Source: Mayamaea pseudoterrestris (taxonomy: Eukaryota). From it: a stretch of DNA of 64,000 bases. The stretch is taken from the NCBI GenBank assembly GCA_027923505.1, contig BROI01000001.1, positions 1,116,001 through 1,180,000 of the forward strand, read 5' to 3'. This document shows positions 54,962 through 64,000 of the stretch, one piece after another. The notes under the pieces are model-generated. The model did not search any database and had not been told where the DNA came from. It saw only the letters and a list, made by a program, of their open reading frames with translations. Position numbers and translations under genes: made by a program. Within the stretch, counting starts at the first letter, position 1, and every line of letters begins with the position of its first letter.

Positions 54962-56089
54962 ATGGCGGATTCAAGCAGCACCAAGCTGGTCTTTCCTCTC
55001 GAAGAACTGACTGTTCTAGGCTCTACTGGCACCATCACGTTCGACGAGGCGCTCCAATTCGACAAGGAACTCCTCCAGAACGCGCGCTCCGTCACCAGCC
55101 AGTATGGCAACGGCAACGTGGGTCACATTCATCAAGTTGTCACCCCGGCCGAGTATGCCGCACGTTCCCCCATCGTCTATGAAGCTGTCGCCTTTCCGCA
55201 GCTCATCATTGCGCCAGGCGCCACTGGTCCCCAGATTGCTCAAGCCAACCGCGAGTACTCGGCTGCACTCTCGGCTTTCAACAAAAACAACCTGGTCGCC
55301 ACAGCGCTGATCTCTCAAGTCACCAAGGCCATTCCATCCATCTATCTCCAAGCGTTGGAAGATCCAGTCACTGGCATGGAAGAAGTCACCATCTTTCAGT
55401 TGCGCCAGCACATCAAGATCGAGTACGGCACTGCCACGGCGCAGCAAATCGAAGCCAACTACGCCATGGCTGGCGAACCGTTCAACTTGAGCGAGTCGGT
55501 AGAAGCCTACACTGGCAAAATGGAACGCGTTCGTCGTCTTGCAGCAGCAACCAACGACCCCATGTCGGACACCGCCTCCATCCGTTTCGCTGTGGCCGCC
55601 ATGGCTGCAATGGGCCAGTTCAAAGCCGACTTGCACGCCCGCACCATTGAGCAACAGCTCCCAGGCCAAGCTGATGAAACTTGGCCAGCTTTTGTCTCTT
55701 GGCTCAAGCGTGTGGACAAAGCTCGCCGCCAGGAGAAAACCGTTGCCGACGCTGGTTACATGGCGCAGGCAAATTTTGCGTCCGCTGTCGCAGCTGCTGT
55801 CCGAGAGCAAATCGCTGCGACACACCGCGCGCCTGCGAATCCGCCGCCGCCGCCGCCCAACAACAACAACAATCAGGGCAACAACGGCAACAACAACAAC
55901 AACAACGGCAACAACGCTCCTCACGTCAAGAAGTACTGTCATTCCCATGGCTACTGTGGACATACAAGCATGCAGTGCAACCGTCGCAGCCCCGGCCACC
56001 AAGAAGCAGCCACTAGTGCCAACAAGATGGGCGGCAACGAAACCAATTTCGTCTACCGCAACCAACGCAGTCGCGCGCAGGGAGAATAG
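54962..56089 (+). CDS. gag: Retrotransposon Gag
   Basis: Intact 375-aa ORF inside the LTRs; zinc-knuckle variant YCHSHGYCGHTSMQC followed by PGHQEAATSANKMGGN; poly-Pro/Asn linker. Confidence 0.9.
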   Translation: MADSSSTKLVFPLEELTVLGSTGTITFDEALQFDKELLQNARSVTSQYGNGNVGHIHQVVTPAEYAARSPIVYEAVAFPQLIIAPGATGPQIAQANREYSAALSAFNKNNLVATALISQVTKAIPSIYLQALEDPVTGMEEVTIFQLRQHIKIEYGTATAQQIEANYAMAGEPFNLSESVEAYTGKMERVRRLAAATNDPMSDTASIRFAVAAMAAMGQFKADLHARTIEQQLPGQADETWPAFVSWLKRVDKARRQEKTVADAGYMAQANFASAVAAAVREQIAATHRAPANPPPPPPNNNNNQGNNGNNNNNNGNNAPHVKKYCHSHGYCGHTSMQCNRRSPGHQEAATSANKMGGNETNFVYRNQRSRAQGE

Positions 56090-56412
56090 GCCGGAGGGAC
56101 GGCATCTACTCGTAGTTCATTTAATAAGCTTGAGTTAAATGAACTTGATGTCTCCTCCCCGCCTATATCTCTAGCCATAGCAGACACTGGATGTACTGGA
56201 CACTACATCTCGTGCCAGTTGCCCTTCACCAACCGGCAACCCGCCAATCCCAGTCTTACCGTCCACGTTCCCAACGGAACCACCATGCATTCAACTCATA
56301 CAGTCCAGCTCGACCTGCCCGGTTGCTCCTTTGAGGCTTGTACAGCACACGTCTTCCCCGACATGACGCAGTCTCTCATTTCAATCGGTCAATTGTGTGA
56401 CGATGGATGCTC
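56090..56412 (+). pseudogene. pol: Truncated pol (aspartic protease only), in frame with gag after TAG
   Basis: AIADTGCTGHY, VHVPNG, AHVFP, SLISIGQLCDDGC, then an abrupt junction into LTR sequence. Confidence 0.9.
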
Positions 56413-56616
56413 CCTAAGTGAAGCCTCCACCGTTGCCTAGCACATGTGTTTTAGTTATGCCTCAGCGACAGGCGGTTAGATCAGCGAGCCAACCGAGGTT
56501 CCCACCGGCCACAAGTAGCGATAGAACTCGGCAGGCAGTGCGACAATTGCCGCTCATAATAATTCACGTCAATCGTTTTGATCATTTCTAGTGTCTCTCC
56601 CTTAGAGGCATCAACA
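56413..56616 (+). repeat. 3' LTR lacking its first 65 bp
   Basis: 204 bp identical to 54586-54789, ending ATCAACA and followed by the TSD. Confidence 0.95.
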
Positions 56617-56860
56617 GGAGGAGCACCTGATGATTACTATTGTAAAACAATTCTCGTTCTCTCTTTGTAGTCAAGCAACGGAAAAATAGAAAGCCGTCGA
56701 ACTTTCTACAGGCAGGTTTAGCGCTTGTGGGCGTTGGCAATCGTCAATCGACAATCGACAGTGATTTGGTTCTTGCTTGCACTCAAGTCGGTGGGGCAAT
56801 ATACAGTAATTTCAGACTTGCAAACAGCAAGTGACAAGGACGAGCAAGAGGCGATTGATT

Positions 56861-58186
56861 ATGCAGTATGTGTTTGCTACGGCTTGTTTTGCAGTCTTTA
56901 CTACTACTTGTCAGTCAGATGTCGTTGCGGCAGGAGCAGCAGCAGCAGCCTTTGTGACGCATCATGACGGCAGCCGGACTAGAAAAACGCTACCGGTATT
57001 CATGCACGAGAGCAACACGAACATTAACGAGGAGTTTGTTTCACCATCGCAGCTACTCTACAAGGAGCAAGAAAAGATGCTAGTGGAACGAGGCAAGCTG
57101 GAGGCGAACATCATGGCATGCGCTCCAACTTCCATACTGACTGCTTCGGTCGTCAAAGGCGTCGGATCGGGTGGAGGCTTTGGCGGCGTAGCAACAAAGA
57201 GTACAAGGAAGAAGCACGGCAAGCCGACGAAGGCGTCCTCGATGGCTACGCTAAAGAGCAATCAAGCCATTGGAAATTATCATGCAGCCGAGCTACAAAC
57301 CCAAGGAGTCATTCGGATTGACAAAGTCATTTCGGATGCAACCGCTGATCGGATGCGCAACTACGTTTTTCAACTACGCCAACAATCCGAAGCACTTGTA
57401 CGACAGGGAAGCGTTGACTCGCTAGATTTGTTTGCCAATGTGCTGCTGCAAAACAAGCGATGCGATTTAAAACTGCCATTGCTCGTGGACAATGCTGCTG
57501 ATGACGACTTAGACTCTACCGTCGTTGTGCAAGCACTATACGAACTGCTCGTCGCTAGTCCAGTCGGAGCGACAATGAACTCTTTGCTTGGCCCAGATGC
57601 AGTCCTACAGGAGCTCAGTTGCCTAACTTCGGATCCAGGGAGTGACAGACAGGTTGTTCATCCTGATACACCATGTCGAACTGGCAATGATGGGACCAAT
57701 GATGAGGCGGTGTTGTACACTTGTTTCGTCGCTTTACAAGATGTTCGTGCCGATATGGGTCCAACCACGTGGCTTCCCAAAACGCATACATACGAGATAC
57801 ATCAAGTTTTTCAAGATGATTTTGTACCGACGACGAATTCGAAGTTTGCAACAGTTGGTGACGATAATAGCAATCATAACATCTCTACAATGAGTCCAAA
57901 AAACCAGTTGCTGCAGTCGCAACCGATTGTTCTCGGCATGCTTCCAAAGGGATCCTGTGGAATTTTTGACTCGCGGCTGCTTCATTGCGGCGGAGCGAAT
58001 ACGTCCGAGACGAGTCGATCCATCTTTTACGTGAGCTTCAAGCACCCAAGCGTTGGCTATTCAGGCAATCCTCCGAGCATTCGTCCTGAGCTTGTCAATC
58101 AATTCACTTTGGGCGATTTGGAGGAGGAGTTGACGCTATTTTACAAAAAGAAACCGACGCGGCGGATAATGCGGAATGATCGGTAG
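56861..58186 (+). CDS. PhyH-like Fe(II)/2-oxoglutarate dioxygenase, probably plastid-targeted
   Basis: QVVHPDT (HxD), FVALQDV..MGPT, FDSRLLHCGGAN..RSIFYVSF; signal peptide ending AAA-F. Confidence 0.88.
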   Translation: MQYVFATACFAVFTTTCQSDVVAAGAAAAAFVTHHDGSRTRKTLPVFMHESNTNINEEFVSPSQLLYKEQEKMLVERGKLEANIMACAPTSILTASVVKGVGSGGGFGGVATKSTRKKHGKPTKASSMATLKSNQAIGNYHAAELQTQGVIRIDKVISDATADRMRNYVFQLRQQSEALVRQGSVDSLDLFANVLLQNKRCDLKLPLLVDNAADDDLDSTVVVQALYELLVASPVGATMNSLLGPDAVLQELSCLTSDPGSDRQVVHPDTPCRTGNDGTNDEAVLYTCFVALQDVRADMGPTTWLPKTHTYEIHQVFQDDFVPTTNSKFATVGDDNSNHNISTMSPKNQLLQSQPIVLGMLPKGSCGIFDSRLLHCGGANTSETSRSIFYVSFKHPSVGYSGNPPSIRPELVNQFTLGDLEEELTLFYKKKPTRRIMRNDR

Positions 58187-58980
58187 TTTTTATGAACAAT
58201 AGAGCAATCAAAAGCACAAGTTACTCCTATTGGTATGAACTGCGACATTGGCCGAAAAGAGAGTGTATGTACGTCTAGTAGAAGAATACAACTACGTAGC
58301 TACTAGAGTAGCGCGTAGCTGAGAGCACAACAATTCATGTCTTTATTGGGCGTTGCATCGCGGTGTACATGTAAAGCACTTCGCTTTGCTGTCGTCCTGA
58401 CCAAACAAGGATATCGTCCATCGAATACATCTGCCATCTGCCAACAGATGCAGTCAGATGCACTGCCAGTCTAGGTAATGACATGAAGCGGATGCATCGC
58501 ATTGACTATGAATGCCGAATAGACGCGAAAAAGCCGTTCGAAAAACCAAGACACGGCGGCCGGCCTGCCAGTGTCGCGAAACGACTTGATGATATTCTGT
58601 ATGGATCCCCAATGAATGGTCGCGACGGACGTGACTGTTCTGCATGTCCAATTCGGTTTGAACATTGATCTGAAATCTGAAAATGCAAGATAACACGACA
58701 GGACGAGTGCTTGCTTAACAACTTGTGTAGCAGAGATAACAGTGGCGTGCAAGTCTGGACAACATCTTTTGAAAGTCTGGCGGCTTGACTATCACCAGCT
58801 TGTTTTCTTTGAATGTTTCCATGGTCATTTTGCTTTCGGTACGTACGTTCGCCGACGCCGACGCTCGCTTCGGGATGTCACCCTGAGTACCGATACGATT
58901 GATTCGCAGTACCAATGCGATACTTAGCATTCGCCGCTCGGCGCGTCCATCCAAACTCGCATTTTTGCTACCATTTCACC

Positions 58981-60021
58981 ATGACAAAAAAGTCACAAGA
59001 ACCACTTTTGACAGCAGCTGAGCTGCTGCGACGCAACAGAAGAGGGAACAATTCAAGTCTCGACGAGGATGAAGCGAAAAGTGGAGGAACACTTACTAAA
59101 TCCGCGTTGTTGGCACCATCCGATGCGATTGATGACGAAATCCAACGGTTGGAACGAGAATTACAACTGGATGATGGCAGTAGTAGCGATAGCGAAAGCA
59201 GCAGCGAAGATGAAGATACATCGACTGCTGATATTACTTGTAGTAGGAAAACGAATCAATACAATCTTTCCAGACTTCGAAACGAACGCATCGAACCACT
59301 TCCGTTAACGTGCTTGCCATCGCTCACCTCCAAGCGAATTGCAGCCATTGACAAGACCACCGACGACTTGGACCGACCAAGCAAGAAACACAAGACTTCT
59401 ATAAGTGGTAGCAGCAGAGCATCAGCCAAGTCTTCAGCATCTCCTATTGATCCCGACATTCAGCAATCCGTCCAGGCCATGCTACAGGAATATGTACCTC
59501 GCTCACGTGACAAGCTTCCCTTTTATTGTCGCTTTTGTCAACATCAATACGACAATGAGGATGCGTTTAGAAACCATTTTGCAAACGACTTCCACAAGGC
59601 TGCTGTTCAAGTGGAGCGAAAGGCGACATACTGCAAACTCTGTCAAAAGCAAATGACAAGTCCGACGCAAATGCAGGAACACTTGAGTAGTGGGCCTCAT
59701 AAGGAGCGATTGCAGTATCGCAAAGGAATGCAGCAGCAGCAGCAGCAACAGAATCGTAACGGAAACAGAGAGAGTAGCGGAAGATACCACGAAATCGGTA
59801 GCGGTGGTGGGCCCGGCCGAGGCGGTGATTGGAGGAGAAACAGTCATGCGCCAAATGGCAGACGACATGAACAATCTCGACCAAAAGAACGAGGACGACG
59901 ACAAGGACGAGACAACTTTTTGCAGCAGCAGCAGCGAAGCGCAGTCATGCATTTGAAGGCCGACGACTGCAGCAAACAATACCAACCGCAAGAACTAGGA
60001 CGGCGACGACGACAAGGATGA
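58981..60021 (+). CDS. Protein with two U1/JAZ-type C2H2 zinc fingers and an R/G/Q-rich tail
   Basis: FYCRFC..FRNHFANDFH and YCKLCQK..MQEHLSSGPH. Confidence 0.85.
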   Translation: MTKKSQEPLLTAAELLRRNRRGNNSSLDEDEAKSGGTLTKSALLAPSDAIDDEIQRLERELQLDDGSSSDSESSSEDEDTSTADITCSRKTNQYNLSRLRNERIEPLPLTCLPSLTSKRIAAIDKTTDDLDRPSKKHKTSISGSSRASAKSSASPIDPDIQQSVQAMLQEYVPRSRDKLPFYCRFCQHQYDNEDAFRNHFANDFHKAAVQVERKATYCKLCQKQMTSPTQMQEHLSSGPHKERLQYRKGMQQQQQQQNRNGNRESSGRYHEIGSGGGPGRGGDWRRNSHAPNGRRHEQSRPKERGRRQGRDNFLQQQQRSAVMHLKADDCSKQYQPQELGRRRRQG

Positions 60022-60263
60022 GACAGCTTTTCGCAGCAGCAGCAGCAGCAGCAGCAACAGCGAAGCGCATGGTGCCATCGTCGTTAAGATTCTATTTATA
60101 GTTTAAACAACACAAGTAAACTCTACCATACGTATTACCAGTTTCTTGCATTCCGCTATGTTGTGAGGGCACTAGCATCGACAGCACAAGTACGTAAAAG
60201 GTATATGCAACAGTTATAGCAGTTACTACGAAAACATGCTATCTGATCGATTCTCCAAGTGGT

Positions 60264-61676
60264 TCACTCCAATTCACCTGATGACGAAGAGAACAATCGC
60301 TGGCTAGTTTTGTGGATCTTACTCGAACGAGGCGTCTGGGATGCACCTGGACGAGTGCGAGGCGTGCGAGGCGTGCGTGGATGAGAGCGAGGTGTGCCCA
60401 TGATGGCGGTATGATGCTGTGCCTTCTCCATGAGGCGGTCTTGGAATGCCTTTGACTGCAAATAGAAAGCGCCGCCATGCATTTCAGTAACTGACTCATT
60501 GTCCCAGTGCATAGCCAAAGCTGTAACACAACGTTCTTGGAGATTTGACAAGGTGTCATTGGCCACCAGCTCACGCTCCTTTTGAAGTAAAGGCCATGTT
60601 GCTTGTGGATGCAGTTCTGGCAGGACCGTAGGATCTGTTACTTCAAAAAACGTTTTGGCGTTTTCAAATCCAGGACTCTCACAAAACTTTGCAACGACAA
60701 GGCTACAAAGCTGACTCCGCTCTTGGTTGCCCCACAAGACTGCCAAAAGTGCCGACAACGTCAGTTTGCTGGCAAGTTGCTCCAAAGCAGCATCATCTTG
60801 AAAGGTGAGCTTGTCCAAATGGTCCGTAATGAGCTGAATTGCCTTCTCCGACACGAAGGACTCTGCCGAATCTTCATCGAGCCCGATTGCTGCTGCAGGG
60901 ATGAGGTATCCGGCGCAACTGAGCGGATCTTTGTTGCCAGTCGCCATGAGATCCACCTGCAGGATGTGCTTGAGGCGGTGCATCTTCAAGTGACACGCCA
61001 GCCAGTAAAGACCCACAAGTGCGTCATGCCGGCCGACTCGCACATGGACAAGATTGCCGCCACTGTAGAGGTAGTCGAGTAGGATTGGAAACGCTGCTGC
61101 AGACAGGTCATTGAGCAAAACCTTGGTTGCAAGGAAGTCCAAGCCCTGCAAGAGACCAGCGAGCCTATTCTTGTGCACATGGTAGACTGTCGAAGCCCCG
61201 CTGCTAGTGATTTCGATCTTGCAGTCGGCGTGACTGTCCTTGGGGTCTTGACGCCAATCGACCAAGCGCTCATTCTCGTAGAGTAGGATTGGAGGGCGCA
61301 TAACTGCAGCTTGACGCTCCGCAGGAACATCTGGGCCAATATACGACCAAAGCCGCGTTGGAGGCGTCATCAATGCAACGTCCGAAGCAGCATTGCTTTG
61401 GTAGTAGTACTGGAGAGTATCATCGCTGAAACATCCAATGCGCCAGCTGCTGCACTCGTCGACGCGATCCATCCAATACGTCGCAGGTTTCCCATCCTTG
61501 GTTCCTTCCATGCTGTAGCGCGGAGCGCCTACTGCATCGCTTCCATCAATGCCTGGCACTGCTGCCTCGGAACGCCCTGCAAACTTGTACGTGCCGCAGA
61601 GTTCGCTCATGCCGGCGCCGAACACTTCAACTGTCGCAAGCTCCCAATCCTTTCGCTTTACATCTGTCTCCGTCAT
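60264..61676 (-). CDS. BTB/POZ-like domain protein
   Basis: DCKIEI..VYHVHKNRLA..AFPILLDYLYS..LYWLACHLKMHRL, a degenerate BTB domain of the kind common in diatoms. Confidence 0.75.
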   Translation of the reverse strand: MTETDVKRKDWELATVEVFGAGMSELCGTYKFAGRSEAAVPGIDGSDAVGAPRYSMEGTKDGKPATYWMDRVDECSSWRIGCFSDDTLQYYYQSNAASDVALMTPPTRLWSYIGPDVPAERQAAVMRPPILLYENERLVDWRQDPKDSHADCKIEITSSGASTVYHVHKNRLAGLLQGLDFLATKVLLNDLSAAAFPILLDYLYSGGNLVHVRVGRHDALVGLYWLACHLKMHRLKHILQVDLMATGNKDPLSCAGYLIPAAAIGLDEDSAESFVSEKAIQLITDHLDKLTFQDDAALEQLASKLTLSALLAVLWGNQERSQLCSLVVAKFCESPGFENAKTFFEVTDPTVLPELHPQATWPLLQKERELVANDTLSNLQERCVTALAMHWDNESVTEMHGGAFYLQSKAFQDRLMEKAQHHTAIMGTPRSHPRTPRTPRTRPGASQTPRSSKIHKTSQRLFSSSSGELE

Positions 61677-62401
61677 GGTCAAGTAGTCTTTGAACAAGGA
61701 AGGAGAGACTGAGACACTGATCAAAGGCTTCGTTTTTGTGTGAGCTTGACAGTGAGCTTGACGCTCGCCTTCGCCATTGTGGCACGTTTAGCTCGTCTAC
61801 GCCGAACGCCGTGTAGTGTTCACTATCTAGCGCCATGTGACAAAATTGCACTCCCGTGCGACTGGAAACGTTTTTACGCGAATCTGCCGTGGACGTGATC
61901 ATCAAACTTCTGCATGTCTCTCCGGTATGCTATGGGCAATAAAAATTAGCTACCCATGTTGCCATTAGGTACACTTAGACAACCTACAGCTACGCCAACC
62001 TCCTCCCTCATGCAGACTGATCAATTTTATAAGGTATATGCCAGGAACCCATGCCGCCTACATAAAATTAGATGGCTGAAACAGGTCTCGGTTGCAATAT
62101 TTGAGCCATTCTTGTTGCAAGCACCTACCGGTAATTATTTAAAGTATCATTCAAGGTGCAGCCCACCACTCAAGGCTGCAGTGAATCCGTTTCGAAGCAA
62201 GTGTCAACCCATCTAAATAGTTACTGTTACAGTACCATTTGTTCATTGACTCATTTTAGGCAGGGAATAAACAACAATTATAAGCTGAATTGTATTGTAT
62301 TAGTCTGTATATTTTATATGGCTGGTAGCACAGCGAGAGTTACTCGTATACATATACAAGTTCCTTTAGCTTCGTCAAATCTGTTTACAATACGTATCGC
62401 A

Positions 62402-64000
62402 CTAATGATGAAACAATCGCACGCCCGTAAAGGCCATGGTCATGTCATATGTGTTGCAGGCTTCTGCAACTTGGCCATCCTGCACGGATCCACCTGGCTG
62501 CGCTACATACGACACACCCAGCTTGCTCGCATGGTCAATGGAATCGCGAAAAGGAAAGAAGGCATCGCTACTAATGGCAACGCCGGAGCTTGTCTTCATA
62601 AAGTCGTCCTTTTCCTCCGCTGTTAGTGGTTCCGGAACCGAAACAAACTGCTCTTTCCACAGTGCATACTCTTGAACGGTAAAATCGCCTTCAATGTACC
62701 GCACCCGCGCATTCACCTTGTCCTGGTTCTTGACGCCATCCTTAAAAGGCAATCCAAGCACCTTGGGATGTTGTCGCAAATACCACGTGATCACTTTGCG
62801 GCCTGCAAGTTTGACGCAATCGACCCGACTCTGCTGGCCTGCACCGACACCTACCATCATGCCATGCTTGCAAAAGCCAACCGAGTTACTTTGAGTGTAC
62901 TTGATGCAAATAGACGCAACAATCAAGTCGCGAATGGCGTCTTGTGACAGTTCCTTTTTCGTCGTGGCAATGTTTGAGGTGAAATGATTGGCGCAAAGAA
63001 TCACGTCGTTCCGCTTTTGCGAAAAGACCGTCCCAAAGACTTCCCGGTACTCAATGCTGCCGGGTTGAAAGGTTGGATCGGCTCGAAGAATGATAAACTT
63101 GCCAGCCTTTTTTGTCTTCAAAATCTCCAAAGCCCGGTCGGAGAAGCCTGGAGCAATGATTCCGTCCGAAACTTGCTTCTTTAAAAAGAGCGCCGTCGCC
63201 TCATCAACCTCATCACTCAATGCGCAAAAGTCGCCAAACGAGCACATGGGGTCAGCGTTGCGGGCGCGTACGTAGGCCAAGGCGGCTGGCGTCAATGTTT
63301 CCGTCGCTGGAATGCCGTATGCGTCTCGCTCCACGTCCGACAATGGAACTGCTGATACGGCGGCACCGGCTGGGCTAACGTGCTTGAAGCTGGCGGCTGC
63401 CACCAAGGTCCCTCCTGTTCCTTCCTTGAGTTCTGACACGAGTTGCCACGCATTCAAAGCGTCCAGCAAATTAATGTAGCCCGGCGATCCACAAAGTACT
63501 TGGAACGGCAACTTTTGTCCGACGCGACTCAATATACCAGCTGGATTTTGGTGGGGATTGCACCCATACTTGAGTGGAAACTCTGGCTGATACACGTTTA
63601 CAACAGCGGGTGTCGAAAGTTTCGATTCGCCTGTGCTGGATTTCGAGAGCTGGTCTGAAAAGTAACTAGCAATCGCGCCGTCGTAGCTTGCACTCAAGGC
63701 GAATGCCTTGGCGGACAACAATTTTCGCAGCTGCAATGTCGTCGAATTGTCGTTACTCTTCATGCACTCCATGACCTGTGCATAGTCGGTGGGATTTGTG
63801 ACAATGGCTGTAAACTGATGATTCTTGGCCGTGGATCGCATCATGCTTGGACCACCAATGTCAATGTTTTCAATACACTGTTCAAACGAGTTGCCAGGTT
63901 GAGCAACTGTCTCTTGGAACGGATATAGGTTCAAGACCGTCATGTCAATGTACTGCATCTTCTGCGCCAGCATGTCAGCGTCGTGCTGTGGATTTCCTCG
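62402..64000 (-). CDS. ATIC: Bifunctional AICAR transformylase/IMP cyclohydrolase, partial (N-terminus beyond right edge)
   Basis: NLYPF, ENIDIGGP, LKYGCNPHQ, SFKHVSPAG, KYTQSNSV, GAGQQSRVDC, SSDAFFPFRD, RLFHH. Confidence 0.97.
   Translation of the reverse strand, partial: RGNPQHDADMLAQKMQYIDMTVLNLYPFQETVAQPGNSFEQCIENIDIGGPSMMRSTAKNHQFTAIVTNPTDYAQVMECMKSNDNSTTLQLRKLLSAKAFALSASYDGAIASYFSDQLSKSSTGESKLSTPAVVNVYQPEFPLKYGCNPHQNPAGILSRVGQKLPFQVLCGSPGYINLLDALNAWQLVSELKEGTGGTLVAAASFKHVSPAGAAVSAVPLSDVERDAYGIPATETLTPAALAYVRARNADPMCSFGDFCALSDEVDEATALFLKKQVSDGIIAPGFSDRALEILKTKKAGKFIILRADPTFQPGSIEYREVFGTVFSQKRNDVILCANHFTSNIATTKKELSQDAIRDLIVASICIKYTQSNSVGFCKHGMMVGVGAGQQSRVDCVKLAGRKVITWYLRQHPKVLGLPFKDGVKNQDKVNARVRYIEGDFTVQEYALWKEQFVSVPEPLTAEEKDDFMKTSSGVAISSDAFFPFRDSIDHASKLGVSYVAQPGGSVQDGQVAEACNTYDMTMAFTGVRLFHH

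Larger units (their letters stand above)
54521..56616 (+). mobile_element. Ty1/copia LTR retrotransposon (diatom CoDi-type), internally deleted and non-autonomous
   Basis: Termini TGTTGAT...ATCAACA; 5-bp TSD GGAGG at 54516-54520 and 56617-56621; gag and protease present; integrase, RT, RNase H and PPT absent. Confidence 0.95.

Noticed and set aside
55016..56065. 349-codon antisense ORF over gag
   Set aside because: Shadow of codon-biased gag, with poly-Val mirroring poly-Asn and no independent domain.
1..64000. tRNA or rRNA genes
   Set aside because: None recognised by eye; a tRNAscan-SE/Infernal run is needed to exclude them.

Overview
Gene-dense eukaryotic nuclear DNA, almost certainly from a diatom (inferred from short GT-AG introns, bipartite plastid-targeting peptides, DUF6824-like and WRKY19-like domains, and a diatom-type copia gag). 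About 28 host genes are supported, including TRM1 (runs off the left edge), methylmalonate-semialdehyde dehydrogenase, a CHD remodeler, a Sec63 homologue, an aralar-like carrier and ATIC/PurH (runs off the right edge). The main accessory feature is a recent, internally deleted Ty1/copia LTR retrotransposon (54521-56616, GGAGG target-site duplication). It has no tRNA primer-binding site. Instead the 12 nt abutting the 5' LTR are the exact reverse complement of a 12-mer inside the LTR, which is the geometry of Tf1-type self-priming. Its gag and protease share a frame and are separated by one UAG inside a long hairpin. Other points: two consecutive 11- and 12-nt microexons encode helicase motif VI of the CHD gene; the carrier is fused to a cNMP-binding-like domain; the Sec63 J-domain has HPS instead of HPD; a zinc-finger protein carries five HxRxxS motifs; three local duplications share a ~105-107 bp period; and TACCGGTA is over-represented. 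All calls are by eye, with no database searches.
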